64,000 nucleotides of DNA, from positions 2,086,560 through 2,150,559 of the forward strand of contig CAVVWJ010000002.1 in assembly GCA_963751925.1 (NCBI GenBank). Reading direction: 5' to 3'. Below are positions 9,876 to 18,724 of this stretch, piece by piece. A program made the position numbers and the translations under genes. The notes beneath the pieces are model-generated. The model saw only the letters and a list, made by a program, of their open reading frames with translations. It searched no databases and was not told where the DNA came from. The stretch comes from an uncultured Gemmatimonadales bacterium. Its GTDB lineage: Bacteria; Gemmatimonadota; Gemmatimonadetes; Gemmatimonadales; GWC2-71-9. Each line of letters starts with the position of its first letter. Position 1 is the stretch's first letter.

Positions 9876-10949
9876 GTGAGCTCCCCCCTCCTGGAGCTCC
9901 GCCGCATCACGAAGCGTTTCGGCGGCTTTGCTGCCGTGGACGACCTTTCACTCACTATCGGCGCCGGGGAGTTCCTTACCCTCCTCGGCGCTTCCGGCTC
10001 CGGCAAGACCACAACGCTCAGAATGCTCGCCGGTTTCGAGCAGCCAACCTCCGGCGAGATACTCATGGCTGGATCCCCCATCACTGGGCTCCCTCCGTTC
10101 AAACGGGACATCAACACCGTCTTCCAGCATTACGCTCTCTTTCCTCACATGTCCGTGCGCGACAACGTGGGCTACGGCCTTCGCATGAAGCATGTGCCCG
10201 GGGCCGAGCGGCGGGATCGCGTGGCGCGGGCATTGGAGATGGTCAAGCTCGAGCAGCTGGGAGACCGCTCACCGCGGCAGCTCTCTGGTGGCCAACAGCA
10301 GAGAGTGGCCCTGGCACGCGCGCTGGTGAACCGGCCACGCATTCTCCTCTTGGATGAACCGTTGGGCGCCCTCGATCTCAAGCTCCGGAAGGAGATGCAG
10401 CTGGAGCTCAAGCAGCTGCAGGTGCAGCTGGGGATCACATTCGTGTATGTGACGCACGATCAGGAAGAGGCACTCACCATGAGCGACCGGGTTGTGCTCA
10501 TGCGGCAGGGCAAGATCGAGCAGATCGGCGGGCCGAGAGACCTCTACGATCGGCCGGGCTCGCGAGTGGTGGCCGATTTCATAGGTGAAACCAACCTGCT
10601 GGCAGGAACCGTGGTCCAAGGCGGTCCCGGTGAAGTCGTGCTGCGAGTCGCTGAAAGCGAGCTTCGCGGCCACAGCGATACCGCGATGCCGGCGGGAACA
10701 GAGGCATGGATGTCGGTGCGGCCGGAGGCGATCCGCTTACTGGGCGACGGGCAAACAGCGGCAGGCGACAACCAGCTCACGGGAGTCGCGGGCGAGTCGG
10801 TATACGCCGGCTTCGTTACGCGGGTTCATGTGATCCTCCCAGGTGAGACGCGGCTGGTTCTGCACGCGCCCGCCGGAACAGAGTTGCAGCCGGGTCAACC
10901 GGTGCGGGTTGCCTGGCCGGCGAGCCGTGCCCGGTGTGTGATTGGCTAA
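9876..10949 (+). CDS. ABC transporter ATP-binding protein (PotA-like)
   Basis: Walker A GASGSGKTT, signature LSGGQQQRVALARAL, Walker B LLLDEP, C-terminal TOBE-like domain. GTG start. Confidence 0.9.
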   Translation: MSSPLLELRRITKRFGGFAAVDDLSLTIGAGEFLTLLGASGSGKTTTLRMLAGFEQPTSGEILMAGSPITGLPPFKRDINTVFQHYALFPHMSVRDNVGYGLRMKHVPGAERRDRVARALEMVKLEQLGDRSPRQLSGGQQQRVALARALVNRPRILLLDEPLGALDLKLRKEMQLELKQLQVQLGITFVYVTHDQEEALTMSDRVVLMRQGKIEQIGGPRDLYDRPGSRVVADFIGETNLLAGTVVQGGPGEVVLRVAESELRGHSDTAMPAGTEAWMSVRPEAIRLLGDGQTAAGDNQLTGVAGESVYAGFVTRVHVILPGETRLVLHAPAGTELQPGQPVRVAWPASRARCVIG

Positions 10950-11931
10950 CCCCACGCTGACCCCCGGCGTTCCCGCCCGGATAACCGTGGCGGATTCCAT
11001 CCGCTCTCGGCCCTGGCTCCGGACACTGATTGCCGGAGCGGTACCGATCGGCTTCGTCACCGCCCTCCTGTTTATCCCGTACGTCTTGCTGCTGGTGCAC
11101 TCGTTTTGGAAGCTCCAGGGTGGCGCGATCACCCACCACCTCACACTGGAGAATTACGAGAGGCTTCTCGGGACACCGCTCTATCCCGAGACCATCCTTT
11201 TCTCCGCCGGTATTGCGCTCCGGGTAACGATTTTTTCGCTCATCCTGGCTTACCCGCTGGCGTATCTCCTCTCCTTCAAGGTGAAACGCCACAAGCAGCT
11301 CATGTACATGGCAGTGATCATCCCGCTCTGGGTCAGCTACCTGGTGCGAGCGTACGCCTGGAAGATCATCCTGGGCCAGGAAGGCATACTGAACGGATTG
11401 CTTCAGGCGGCTGGAATCACCGATCAGCCGCTCACATTCCTGTTGTACAGCCGGTGGGCAGTTATTCTGGCCCTGACCCACATCTATACCCCATTTACGC
11501 TGATGCCCATCTTTGCGGTCCTGGAGGCGATCCCTCCCGCTCTCAAGGAGGCAAGCCAGGACCTCTACGCCAATCGTTGGCAGACGTTCCTGAGAGTCAC
11601 CCTGCCCTTATCCATGCCCGGAGTGCTGGCCGGCTCCACCTTCGCATTCGTCCTCAGCATGGGGGATTTTCTCGCACCGCAGCTCCTGGGAGGGAACGAC
11701 AGCGCCCTGATGGTCTCCAATCTGGTCTGGAGCTTGTTTGGCGTGGCGTTCAACTGGCCGCTAGGGGCGGCCGTCTCAGTGGTCGTGCTGCTTCTGACTC
11801 TGGTCCTTCTTTGGTTGGCGAACAAGCTGGAGACAGCGATGAACTACAGTGGGCAGTCCGTCGCCGCGGGCGCGCGGGTGGTCGGGACGGTGGCAGGCCA
11901 AGTCCTCGGAAACACCGGGTCCGAGAAGTGA
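10942..11931 (+). CDS. ABC transporter permease (PotB-like)
   Basis: Multi-TM MetI-like permease with loop ALKEASQDLYANRWQTF. TTG start at 10942 is uncertain. Confidence 0.8.
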   Translation: MANPTLTPGVPARITVADSIRSRPWLRTLIAGAVPIGFVTALLFIPYVLLLVHSFWKLQGGAITHHLTLENYERLLGTPLYPETILFSAGIALRVTIFSLILAYPLAYLLSFKVKRHKQLMYMAVIIPLWVSYLVRAYAWKIILGQEGILNGLLQAAGITDQPLTFLLYSRWAVILALTHIYTPFTLMPIFAVLEAIPPALKEASQDLYANRWQTFLRVTLPLSMPGVLAGSTFAFVLSMGDFLAPQLLGGNDSALMVSNLVWSLFGVAFNWPLGAAVSVVVLLLTLVLLWLANKLETAMNYSGQSVAAGARVVGTVAGQVLGNTGSEK

Positions 11932-12755
11932 CGGCCGCACCGGGGAGCCGGCATGATCGTGTCACTGGACTCCTCTGGATTGCAGGTCTGGGGTCCTTTG
12001 CGTTCATCTATCTCCCACTGGTAGTCGTCATCCTCTATGCCTTTCACGATTCGCCCATTATCGCGTGGCCTTTGAAGCTCGGCACCTTCAGCTGGTTTGT
12101 GGCCCTGGCACACGACCGCGCCATGCTGGCCGCCGCACTCGCCAGCATCAAGCTGGCAGTTCTGGCGGTTCTCGTGGCATTGGTCATCGGCGTGCCCGGT
12201 GCTTTCGTGCTCGACCGGTTCGATTTTCCGGGCAAGACTCTCTTCCGACGGCTGGTCCTCCTTCCGCTGATCCTCCCCGGGATCATCACTGGGGTGGCTC
12301 TCCTCACCTTCTTCAGTTTCATCGGGTTGAGTTTATCGAGCGGATTCCCGCTCGTCCCCGGCTGGCCCGTGGTGTTGGGACACTCGGCCGCACTCACCTC
12401 GGTAGTAGTCACACAGGTGTTTGCCCGGCTGCAGCGGTTCGATCGCGCCCAGGAAGAAGCCAGTCAGGACCTGTACGCCAATGAGTGGCAGACCTTCCGC
12501 TACGTCACCTTTCCAAACATCCGTACTGCCGTTCTCGGTGCTGGGCTGCTGGTCTTCACCTTGAGCCTCGATGAGATAGCCGTCACTTTTTTCCTGATCG
12601 GTCGGCAGAACACGCTGCCACTTCACATCTGGGGACTCCTGCGACGGGGAGTTACGCCGGAGGTGAATGCCATCTCCACCATCATCTTTCTGGTTTCGGT
12701 AGTGACCATTGTTCTCTGGTCAAGACTCATTCGGGAAGCCCCTACCGCGCGCTGA
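11928..12755 (+). CDS. ABC transporter permease (PotC-like)
   Basis: The C-terminal 275 codons of track ORF 11106-12755 are a permease (AQEEASQDLYANEWQTF loop). An in-frame GTG at 11928 forms a GTGA overlap with the preceding stop. The upstream part of the ORF overlaps the previous permease in another frame. Confidence 0.8.
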   Translation: MTAAPGSRHDRVTGLLWIAGLGSFAFIYLPLVVVILYAFHDSPIIAWPLKLGTFSWFVALAHDRAMLAAALASIKLAVLAVLVALVIGVPGAFVLDRFDFPGKTLFRRLVLLPLILPGIITGVALLTFFSFIGLSLSSGFPLVPGWPVVLGHSAALTSVVVTQVFARLQRFDRAQEEASQDLYANEWQTFRYVTFPNIRTAVLGAGLLVFTLSLDEIAVTFFLIGRQNTLPLHIWGLLRRGVTPEVNAISTIIFLVSVVTIVLWSRLIREAPTAR

Positions 12756-12908
12756 ACCCTGGTTTCGTCCGTGATTCTCGGTAACAGCCGCTGGTGCAGT
12801 TATCTGCAGGACAGACCCCCAATCGTGCAGGTAACCGCACGCTCCCAAGCGTTTTGGCACGTCCCTCCGCTCTGTCAAGTGACTTTGGTTACCCCCTGCA
12901 TGCCCCCT

Positions 12909-12934
12909 GGGGGGCTGGACAGGGGGTGGGGGGG
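12909..12934 (+). other. G-quadruplex-capable G-tract cluster in a long intergenic region
   Basis: GGGGGGCTGGACAGGGGGTGGGGGGG: runs of G6, G5 and G7 (the G7 can supply two G3 runs) within 26 nt. Confidence 0.35.
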
Positions 12935-12989
12935 CGGAGCTACAATGGCAGGGTACCGAAGCCTCTTTTTGAGGTGGGTACGTTTGCAT

Positions 12990-13045
12990 CCTCCGACAAA
13001 GCGGAGGGTCCACTCTCGCAGCTGACCATCTCCTTGAGCTGCGAG
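12990..13045 (+). other. two adjacent stem-loops upstream of the saccharopine-dehydrogenase-family gene
   Basis: CCTCCG-ACAAAG-CGGAGG (12990-13007) and CTCGCAGCT-13 nt-AGCTGCGAG (13015-13045), about 90 nt upstream of GTG 13136. Confidence 0.35.
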
Positions 13046-13135
13046 CCCCCATCAGCGGCGGGGGCGAGGTTGCACCGGCCGACCGTGGCCGAGCAGCCAG
13101 ACCGAGTGCCGCGCCAACAATGAAACGAGGAGTTT

Positions 13136-14371
13136 GTGAAAGTCCTGGTACTAGGTGCCGGCGCGGTGGGGACCGTGTCCGCCCTCAAATTCGTGCAACT
13201 GGCGACGACTGAAAAACTCGTCATCGCCGACGCGGTTTCCGCCCGCGCATCCCTCCTAGCGGACCGGCTAAATGATTCACGAGTATCGGCGCTACAGCTC
13301 GACGCCAGCAATCAAGCCGAGCTGGCGGCAGCCATTCGCCTGACTGGCACCACCATCGTTCTGAACGCGGCCCTTCCCGCAACCAACATCGCTGTGATGC
13401 GAGCCTGCCTCGAAGCAGGTTGCGATTACATCGATCTCGCGAGCGCGGGCACGGACGCCGACGGCATTCCCAAGATGGCTGACCAGTTTGCCCTCGACGC
13501 CGAGTTCAAGGCGCGCGGGCGGCTTGCACTCCTGGGTATGGGGGCGGACCCGGGGACCACGAATGTGTATGCGGCCTACGCCGCAAAGCATCTGCTCGAC
13601 AGCGTCACCGAACTGCGGGTTCGGGATGGCGACAATTCCGTCTGCCAGGGTCACGATGGCTTCCTCGCCGCGTTCAGTCCCTGGGTCATGATTGACGAGT
13701 GCCTCTGTAAAGCCGTCGCGTACCGGGGAGGGCGGTACCACCTCGAGGACCCTCTCACCGGTAAGGAGGCTTTTGACTTCCCCCAGCTCGGGGTGCTCAA
13801 CTGCTACTACGTCGATCATGAGGAGTCCAAGACGCTTCCCCGGTTCTACCCGGGAGCTCGGATCATCGATTTCAAGCTGTGCATGGACGACGTGACGGTG
13901 GAGACACTCCGGGTCATGAAGCGGCTTGGGCTGTCCAGCAAGGCCCGAGTCATGGTAGGGGACCAGAGCATCGCCCCGCGCGACCTGGTCGTGTCCCTGC
14001 TGCCCGAGCCCAAGGATCTGGCGGGCAGAATGCGGGGCAAGACCTGCGTCGGAACGCTTGCCAAAGGATTGAAGAACGGGATGCCAAAGGCGTACTACAT
14101 CTATAACGTCGCCGATCACGAGACGGCCTACAGCACGTTGGGTGTCCAGGCAACCGCCTTTCAGACCGGCATCCCGCCGGTCATCGCCGCCCAGCTCATA
14201 GCCGAAGGCATCTGGACCGGCACCGGTGTGATGTCACCCGAGCAGTTCGATCCCGATCCTTTCCTGGCGCGGCTCCCACAAGAAGGGATGCCGTGGCATG
14301 TCAGGGATGATTCCACTGGGGTGACGAGGCGGCTGGACCGCCCATCACGGGAAACGGTCGTCGCAGCCTAG
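13136..14371 (+). CDS. saccharopine dehydrogenase family NAD(P)-dependent oxidoreductase
   Basis: N-terminal Rossmann motif VLVLGAGAVG and the LGMGADPGTTNV block typical of saccharopine / carboxynorspermidine / homospermidine-type dehydrogenases. GTG start after GAGGAG. Confidence 0.8.
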   Translation: MKVLVLGAGAVGTVSALKFVQLATTEKLVIADAVSARASLLADRLNDSRVSALQLDASNQAELAAAIRLTGTTIVLNAALPATNIAVMRACLEAGCDYIDLASAGTDADGIPKMADQFALDAEFKARGRLALLGMGADPGTTNVYAAYAAKHLLDSVTELRVRDGDNSVCQGHDGFLAAFSPWVMIDECLCKAVAYRGGRYHLEDPLTGKEAFDFPQLGVLNCYYVDHEESKTLPRFYPGARIIDFKLCMDDVTVETLRVMKRLGLSSKARVMVGDQSIAPRDLVVSLLPEPKDLAGRMRGKTCVGTLAKGLKNGMPKAYYIYNVADHETAYSTLGVQATAFQTGIPPVIAAQLIAEGIWTGTGVMSPEQFDPDPFLARLPQEGMPWHVRDDSTGVTRRLDRPSRETVVAA

Positions 14372-14384
14372 ACGAGCTTCAACC

Positions 14385-14402
14385 GGGGCACGAACGTGCC
14401 CC
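14385..14402 (+). other. intercistronic hairpin
   Basis: GGGGCAC-GAAC-GTGCCCC between stop 14371 and ATG 14419. No U-tract. Confidence 0.3.
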
Positions 14403-14418
14403 AGCCAGGGAGTGAAGC

Positions 14419-15918
14419 ATGACCAGCACTGCCAGGACCTCAGGAACGTCCCGCAAGGCTCCGGTGGCCCGCTATCAGATGTACATCAATGGCCGCTTCG
14501 TGGATGCGCGTGGCGGGAAAACTTTCGACGTCTTCGACCCCGCAACCGAACAGGCCATCGCGACCTGCCCCGCCGGTGATGCGGGCGACATCAACGCGGC
14601 TGCCGAGGCGGCGTCCAAGGCCTTTTACAGCGGATGGAAGAGTGTGACCGCGCAGGAGCGCGGCCGCATTCTCCTGCGTTTGGCCGAGCGGGTGCGAGCT
14701 CGCCGGGCAGAGCTGGCGGAGCTGGAGACCCGGAATACCGGGAAGCCGATCGCGGAGTCGGAGTACGATATGGACGACACCGCCACCTGTTTCGAGTACT
14801 ACGGCGGACTCGCTACCAAGATCAACGGCGAAGTCCTGCCGGTGCCGGCCGACGCGATCGCGTTCGCGATGCGCGAACCGATGGGCGTGGCCGGCCAGAT
14901 CATCCCCTGGAACTATCCGATCATGATGGCGGCCTGGAAGATTGCTCCGGCGTTGGCGGCAGGTTGCACCGTCGTACTTAAACCAGCCGAGCAGACTCCG
15001 CTCTCCATCCTCGAGCTGGCCAAGGATTTTGAGGGGGTCGGATTGCCGCCCGGGGTGGTAAACATCGTTACCGGGGATGGGCCCGGTGCTGGCGCACCGC
15101 TGGTCAGCCATCCATCGGTCCGGAAAATTGCCTTTACCGGCAGCGCCGAAGTCGGCAAAACCATCATGCGGAACGCGGCAGACCAGCTGAAGCGGGTCTC
15201 GCTGGAGCTGGGCGGTAAGTCGCCCAACATCTTCTTCAGCGATGCCGACTTCGAGAACGCGGTTGATGGGGCCCTCTTCGGTACCTTCATCAATCAAGGT
15301 GAGGTCTGCTCGGCAGGCAGCCGGGTTCTGGTCCAGCGGGACATCTACAAGAAGTTCGTAGACGCAGCTGCTGCCAAGGCCAAGACGATCAAGCTCGGTC
15401 CCGGGCTCGATCGGGACAACAAGATGGGACCGCTGGTGAGCGCGGAGCAGCGAGATCGCGTGGCCGGCTATCTCGAGGTCGGACGGGGCGAAGCGAAGGT
15501 GGCGGTTGGCGGTGGCAAGCCCAAGCAGTTCGACAAGGGCTGGTACATCGAGCCGACCATCTTCTACGACGTCGACAATTCAGCCCGGATCGCGCAGGAA
15601 GAGATCTTCGGACCGGTGATGAGCGTCATACCGTTTACCGACGAAGAGGAGGCGATCCGGATCGCCAATGAGACCCAATACGGGCTGGCCGCGGCGGTCT
15701 GGACTCGGGACATCTTCAAGGCGTTTCGAGTCGTGAAGTCGCTCGAGGCAGGCATCGTCTGGGTCAATCACATGCAGCCGACATTCGTCGAGGCACCCTG
15801 GGGTGGCTACAAGGCGTCAGGCTTTGGCAGAGAGCTGGGGCACTGGGGTGTGGAGGAGTACCTCGAAACCAAGCAGGTGTTCATCAATCTCGACGAAAAG
15901 CCGATCGGCTGGTACTGA
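14419..15918 (+). CDS. NAD-dependent aminoaldehyde/betaine-aldehyde dehydrogenase
   Basis: ALDH family: catalytic ELGGKSP and GEVCSAGSR motifs. TCFEYYGGLA block is typical of BADH/aminoaldehyde dehydrogenases. Confidence 0.85.
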   Translation: MTSTARTSGTSRKAPVARYQMYINGRFVDARGGKTFDVFDPATEQAIATCPAGDAGDINAAAEAASKAFYSGWKSVTAQERGRILLRLAERVRARRAELAELETRNTGKPIAESEYDMDDTATCFEYYGGLATKINGEVLPVPADAIAFAMREPMGVAGQIIPWNYPIMMAAWKIAPALAAGCTVVLKPAEQTPLSILELAKDFEGVGLPPGVVNIVTGDGPGAGAPLVSHPSVRKIAFTGSAEVGKTIMRNAADQLKRVSLELGGKSPNIFFSDADFENAVDGALFGTFINQGEVCSAGSRVLVQRDIYKKFVDAAAAKAKTIKLGPGLDRDNKMGPLVSAEQRDRVAGYLEVGRGEAKVAVGGGKPKQFDKGWYIEPTIFYDVDNSARIAQEEIFGPVMSVIPFTDEEEAIRIANETQYGLAAAVWTRDIFKAFRVVKSLEAGIVWVNHMQPTFVEAPWGGYKASGFGRELGHWGVEEYLETKQVFINLDEKPIGWY

Positions 15919-15921
15919 GCG

Positions 15922-16626
15922 TCACTCCACCAGTTTGGGGAGAAAGCTGGTATCCATGACGTAGCGGGTCGGATTCCTGGGATCGATCAGGACGTCGACC
16001 GATCGATTCTTCACGTAATCGCTAGGATCGAACCAGATGTTGTCGCTGTGGTAGATACGGATGGAGTTGGTGGCCGGATCCGAGAGCTGCGACACGATGT
16101 GGTATGGACACCGGCCGTTCACTGTGAGTGACTCGTTCAGCTCCACTCCCGTAACATCCGTCTTGATTCTTTCCCCATGCTGAGCGAGCCAGGCAGCCAG
16201 CTCTCTTCGCCGTACTCGCACTGCGATCATGGCGAGCCCAATTCCCGCGAAGATGATACCCATGACCAGGAGGAGCATGGACCCAAACCACAGTGACAAG
16301 AACGACCTGATTCTGGCGTGAGTCGGGCTGCCTGGGTCGTATAGCACAGGGACGGCCGCCCCTACCCCATACGCCGGGGGATTGGAGCCGACGCCGGACG
16401 TAAACTCCACGTGTTGTCCACCGGGCCCAGTGAACTCGACGACCGGCTGATACGTCCCGCTCGAGCTCGAGCTCGATCTGCTGCGCACTAGATCGATGAC
16501 GGTACCCTGGGCTGTAGCGGCTTCAGCTATGAACCGCCTGGTATTGCTCCAGAGCAGAACAGCTACGATCAACATTGCCAGACCAACTCCGCTGAACACC
16601 CAGCTCACCAGCTTCAGCACTTTCAT
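15922..16626 (-). CDS. DUF3592-like membrane protein
   Basis: TM helix, a beta-rich domain, a second TM pair, then a second similar domain. Architecture and the TVIDLV/YQPVVEF block resemble DUF3592. Confidence 0.55.
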   Translation of the reverse strand: MKVLKLVSWVFSGVGLAMLIVAVLLWSNTRRFIAEAATAQGTVIDLVRSRSSSSSSGTYQPVVEFTGPGGQHVEFTSGVGSNPPAYGVGAAVPVLYDPGSPTHARIRSFLSLWFGSMLLLVMGIIFAGIGLAMIAVRVRRRELAAWLAQHGERIKTDVTGVELNESLTVNGRCPYHIVSQLSDPATNSIRIYHSDNIWFDPSDYVKNRSVDVLIDPRNPTRYVMDTSFLPKLVE

Positions 16627-16659
16627 TGTATCCCCCCACTCGAGCCCAGTCCGTCCGAA

Positions 16660-18564
16660 TCAGAAATGGAATTTCTTCTTGATTGCTTTTCCCAGCCCCT
16701 TCTGGGCTTTCTGCTTGGCGCCTTCCTCGACCACGTGGGTGACCTCAGTAGCGACTCCACTCCCGGTGGGTGATGCTGCATCAGTGGCGGGCTGTGCCGC
16801 AGCTGGCGGCACCGGTGACTGAGCTGGCGCGGGCTGCGCCTGAACAGCGGTTTCAGCCTGCGGAACTGGTGAGGGTGCTACAGCTTCAGTTGCGGTATCC
16901 ATCGCCGGTGGAGGCACCTGCTTTTGAAAAGCCACCGAGGTGGACTGATCCAACGCCTTGGCCGCCGCTGACAACCGCGCGAGTGCGTCTAGTGCCGCCG
17001 CCTTGTTGGCTGCCTTGCTGAAAGCCTGAAGCGCTCCGTTGAGATCTGTCAGCCGAGCCGGCAGGTCCCTCATCATGCGTAGCCCGGCCAGGAGCAGGTT
17101 CGAGTTCTTGTGACTCGCCAGGAACTGAGGAAGGGCCCCGGAGACCGCTGTAAGAATGAGCTGAACTGTTCCCAGCGGCTTGCCACAGCAACGCGCCGTG
17201 AAAGCAGAGGAAGGCTCGGTAGTACCCAGATCGGTCGTGGTAGCCCCGCTGGTACTGACGTGGGCGGCCGATTGGTTTGCTGACGAATCGGTGGGAGAGG
17301 GCGTTGAAGGGGAAGCTGACGCTACCGGCCCAGACACCGAGTCCGGCGCTGCGGCGACGTTGGTCTGCAACTGCTCGACGGCACCAGCGAGCTTCGTCAC
17401 CTGATCATCGAGGGGTGTGTCAAAGGATGGCATCGCCGGTGCTGGGAGGCCCTTCTCGATGCTCGCGGTCTCGGGTACTAGGCGGTAGCGGAAGATCATC
17501 CCGTGATCACCGACTACATATCCACGATCACGCCGTGGAAGACTGAAGGCACTTACACGGGCCGGAAATGCCATCTCTCGAGAGTTCCAGGTCTTCCCGG
17601 CATTGGTCGTGTATGTAAAGACCTGTCCTTCGACAATCCATCCGACTTCGGGGTCGGCAAATCTGATGGCAGGGGATCCACCTGGAACGGTCGCGGGCAC
17701 TCCACGCCACGTCTGTCCGCCGTCCGAGGTGAGAAAGATCTTGGAATATGTACGGACGATGCCATTGGTCTCATCCATGAAGTGGATGGCCCCATCATGA
17801 GCCGAAACGTCCGGAATGAATGACATGACTTTCCAGGTGCTGCCTCCGTCCTCCGTCTTCACGATAGCGGAGGCCTTGTTCGGGAGATCAGCGGTCACTG
17901 CATAGCCGACCAGGGGCGATGGAAAGTGCAGCGCCTCGAGGTTGCACTCGGCCGATTGTGTGAGCCCATTCACCTGAATTTTCACCTGACAGTCGAAAAC
18001 GGGCTGCCATGAGCCGCCGCCGTCGGTGGTTCGCTCTATTGTCTTACCGTGCAGCCCGAAGCCGACCCGGGGAGAGATGAAGCGATATGGTTGGCCATAG
18101 CTCCAGTCGCCAACCGTCTCCCAGGAGGCGCCGTCGGTGGTGCGAAGCAGCTTGCCGCCGTATTGCGCCACCCAGCCATGAGTTGCATCGATAAACTGCA
18201 TGGCTCGAAATCCCCGGGTGGCAGATTCAGGGTCGCCCAGTTGCACCTGCCAACTCGCCCCACCGTCCTTGGTGTGCAGGATGACGCCGCCTTCGCCGGC
18301 CGCCGTGCGCGAGAATCCCGTCGCCCACCCGATGTCAGGGGTGACGAAATACACATCGGTGAATTCGACATCCGCCGGGTAACCGACCGACTCCCAGACA
18401 CCCTTGAACGTGGACTCACGAGAGGGGGACGCAGTCGCGCCGGTGCTAGCGGCTGCCTTTGTTTTGTGGCGCTGGGCTGACGCAGCTGACGGGTTAAGCA
18501 ATAGCAACAGTGCTGAGAGCAGGGCGATTGCGCGGGCCGGAGTTGCAGTGCAGGAGTGTCTCAT
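16660..18564 (-). CDS. secreted BNR/Asp-box beta-propeller protein (Ycf48-like) with low-complexity C-terminal region
   Basis: Six S/T-x-D-G-G-x-(S/T)-W type Asp-boxes (TKDGGASWQ, TTDGASWE, TTDGGGSWQ, TEDGGSTWK, TSDGGQTWR, TNAGKTWN). Start set at ATG 18564 (MRHSCTATPARAIALLSALLLLL... signal peptide, AAGGA 7 nt upstream). Confidence 0.7.
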   Translation of the reverse strand: MRHSCTATPARAIALLSALLLLLNPSAASAQRHKTKAAASTGATASPSRESTFKGVWESVGYPADVEFTDVYFVTPDIGWATGFSRTAAGEGGVILHTKDGGASWQVQLGDPESATRGFRAMQFIDATHGWVAQYGGKLLRTTDGASWETVGDWSYGQPYRFISPRVGFGLHGKTIERTTDGGGSWQPVFDCQVKIQVNGLTQSAECNLEALHFPSPLVGYAVTADLPNKASAIVKTEDGGSTWKVMSFIPDVSAHDGAIHFMDETNGIVRTYSKIFLTSDGGQTWRGVPATVPGGSPAIRFADPEVGWIVEGQVFTYTTNAGKTWNSREMAFPARVSAFSLPRRDRGYVVGDHGMIFRYRLVPETASIEKGLPAPAMPSFDTPLDDQVTKLAGAVEQLQTNVAAAPDSVSGPVASASPSTPSPTDSSANQSAAHVSTSGATTTDLGTTEPSSAFTARCCGKPLGTVQLILTAVSGALPQFLASHKNSNLLLAGLRMMRDLPARLTDLNGALQAFSKAANKAAALDALARLSAAAKALDQSTSVAFQKQVPPPAMDTATEAVAPSPVPQAETAVQAQPAPAQSPVPPAAAQPATDAASPTGSGVATEVTHVVEEGAKQKAQKGLGKAIKKKFHF

Positions 18565-18724
18565 TGTGGTTCCTTTCACTTCCGAATCAGAAGCTCGGGC
18601 GCTCAGGTACAGGTTGGGGATGTGGTCGAGCCACTTCACCTTGTTCTGTGTGGTGTCGGGCCATAACTTGGATTTACGTCGCATCAGTCGGGCTGGCGGC
18701 TCACTTCCTTGCTTCACATATCCT

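Noticed and set aside
11106-11927. N-terminal 274 codons of the 549-aa track ORF
   Set aside because: Overlaps the PotB-like permease in another frame with an Arg/Pro/Gly-rich translation. Only the part from GTG 11928 is a permease. The same logic was used to trim track ORFs 18404, 44142, 55542, 58583 and 59788.
12855-12870. TGGCAC-GTCCC-TCCGC, a possible sigma-54 promoter upstream of the saccharopine-dehydrogenase-family gene
   Set aside because: The GC of the would-be -12 element is one nucleotide out of register with the GG, and sigma-54 spacing is strict.
12771-13123. ORFs of 84-123 aa on both strands inside the 380-nt intergenic region
   Set aside because: No SD, no recognisable sequence features, mutually overlapping. 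I treat the region as non-coding.
12756-13135. Possibility that the long gap is a known RNA gene (tmRNA, RNase P, SRP/4.5S, 6S, or a known riboswitch)
   Set aside because: I could not find the conserved cores (e.g. GAGGAAAGUCC for RNase P, the tRNA-like GGUUCGAAUCC end for tmRNA, the SRP GGAAG...AGCAG domain IV, or ykkC/TPP/cobalamin cores). This needs a covariance-model scan for a firm answer.
13292-14119. 275-aa ORF on the - strand
   Set aside because: Antisense to the saccharopine-dehydrogenase-family gene. The same reasoning applies to 14440-15297 opposite the aldehyde dehydrogenase.
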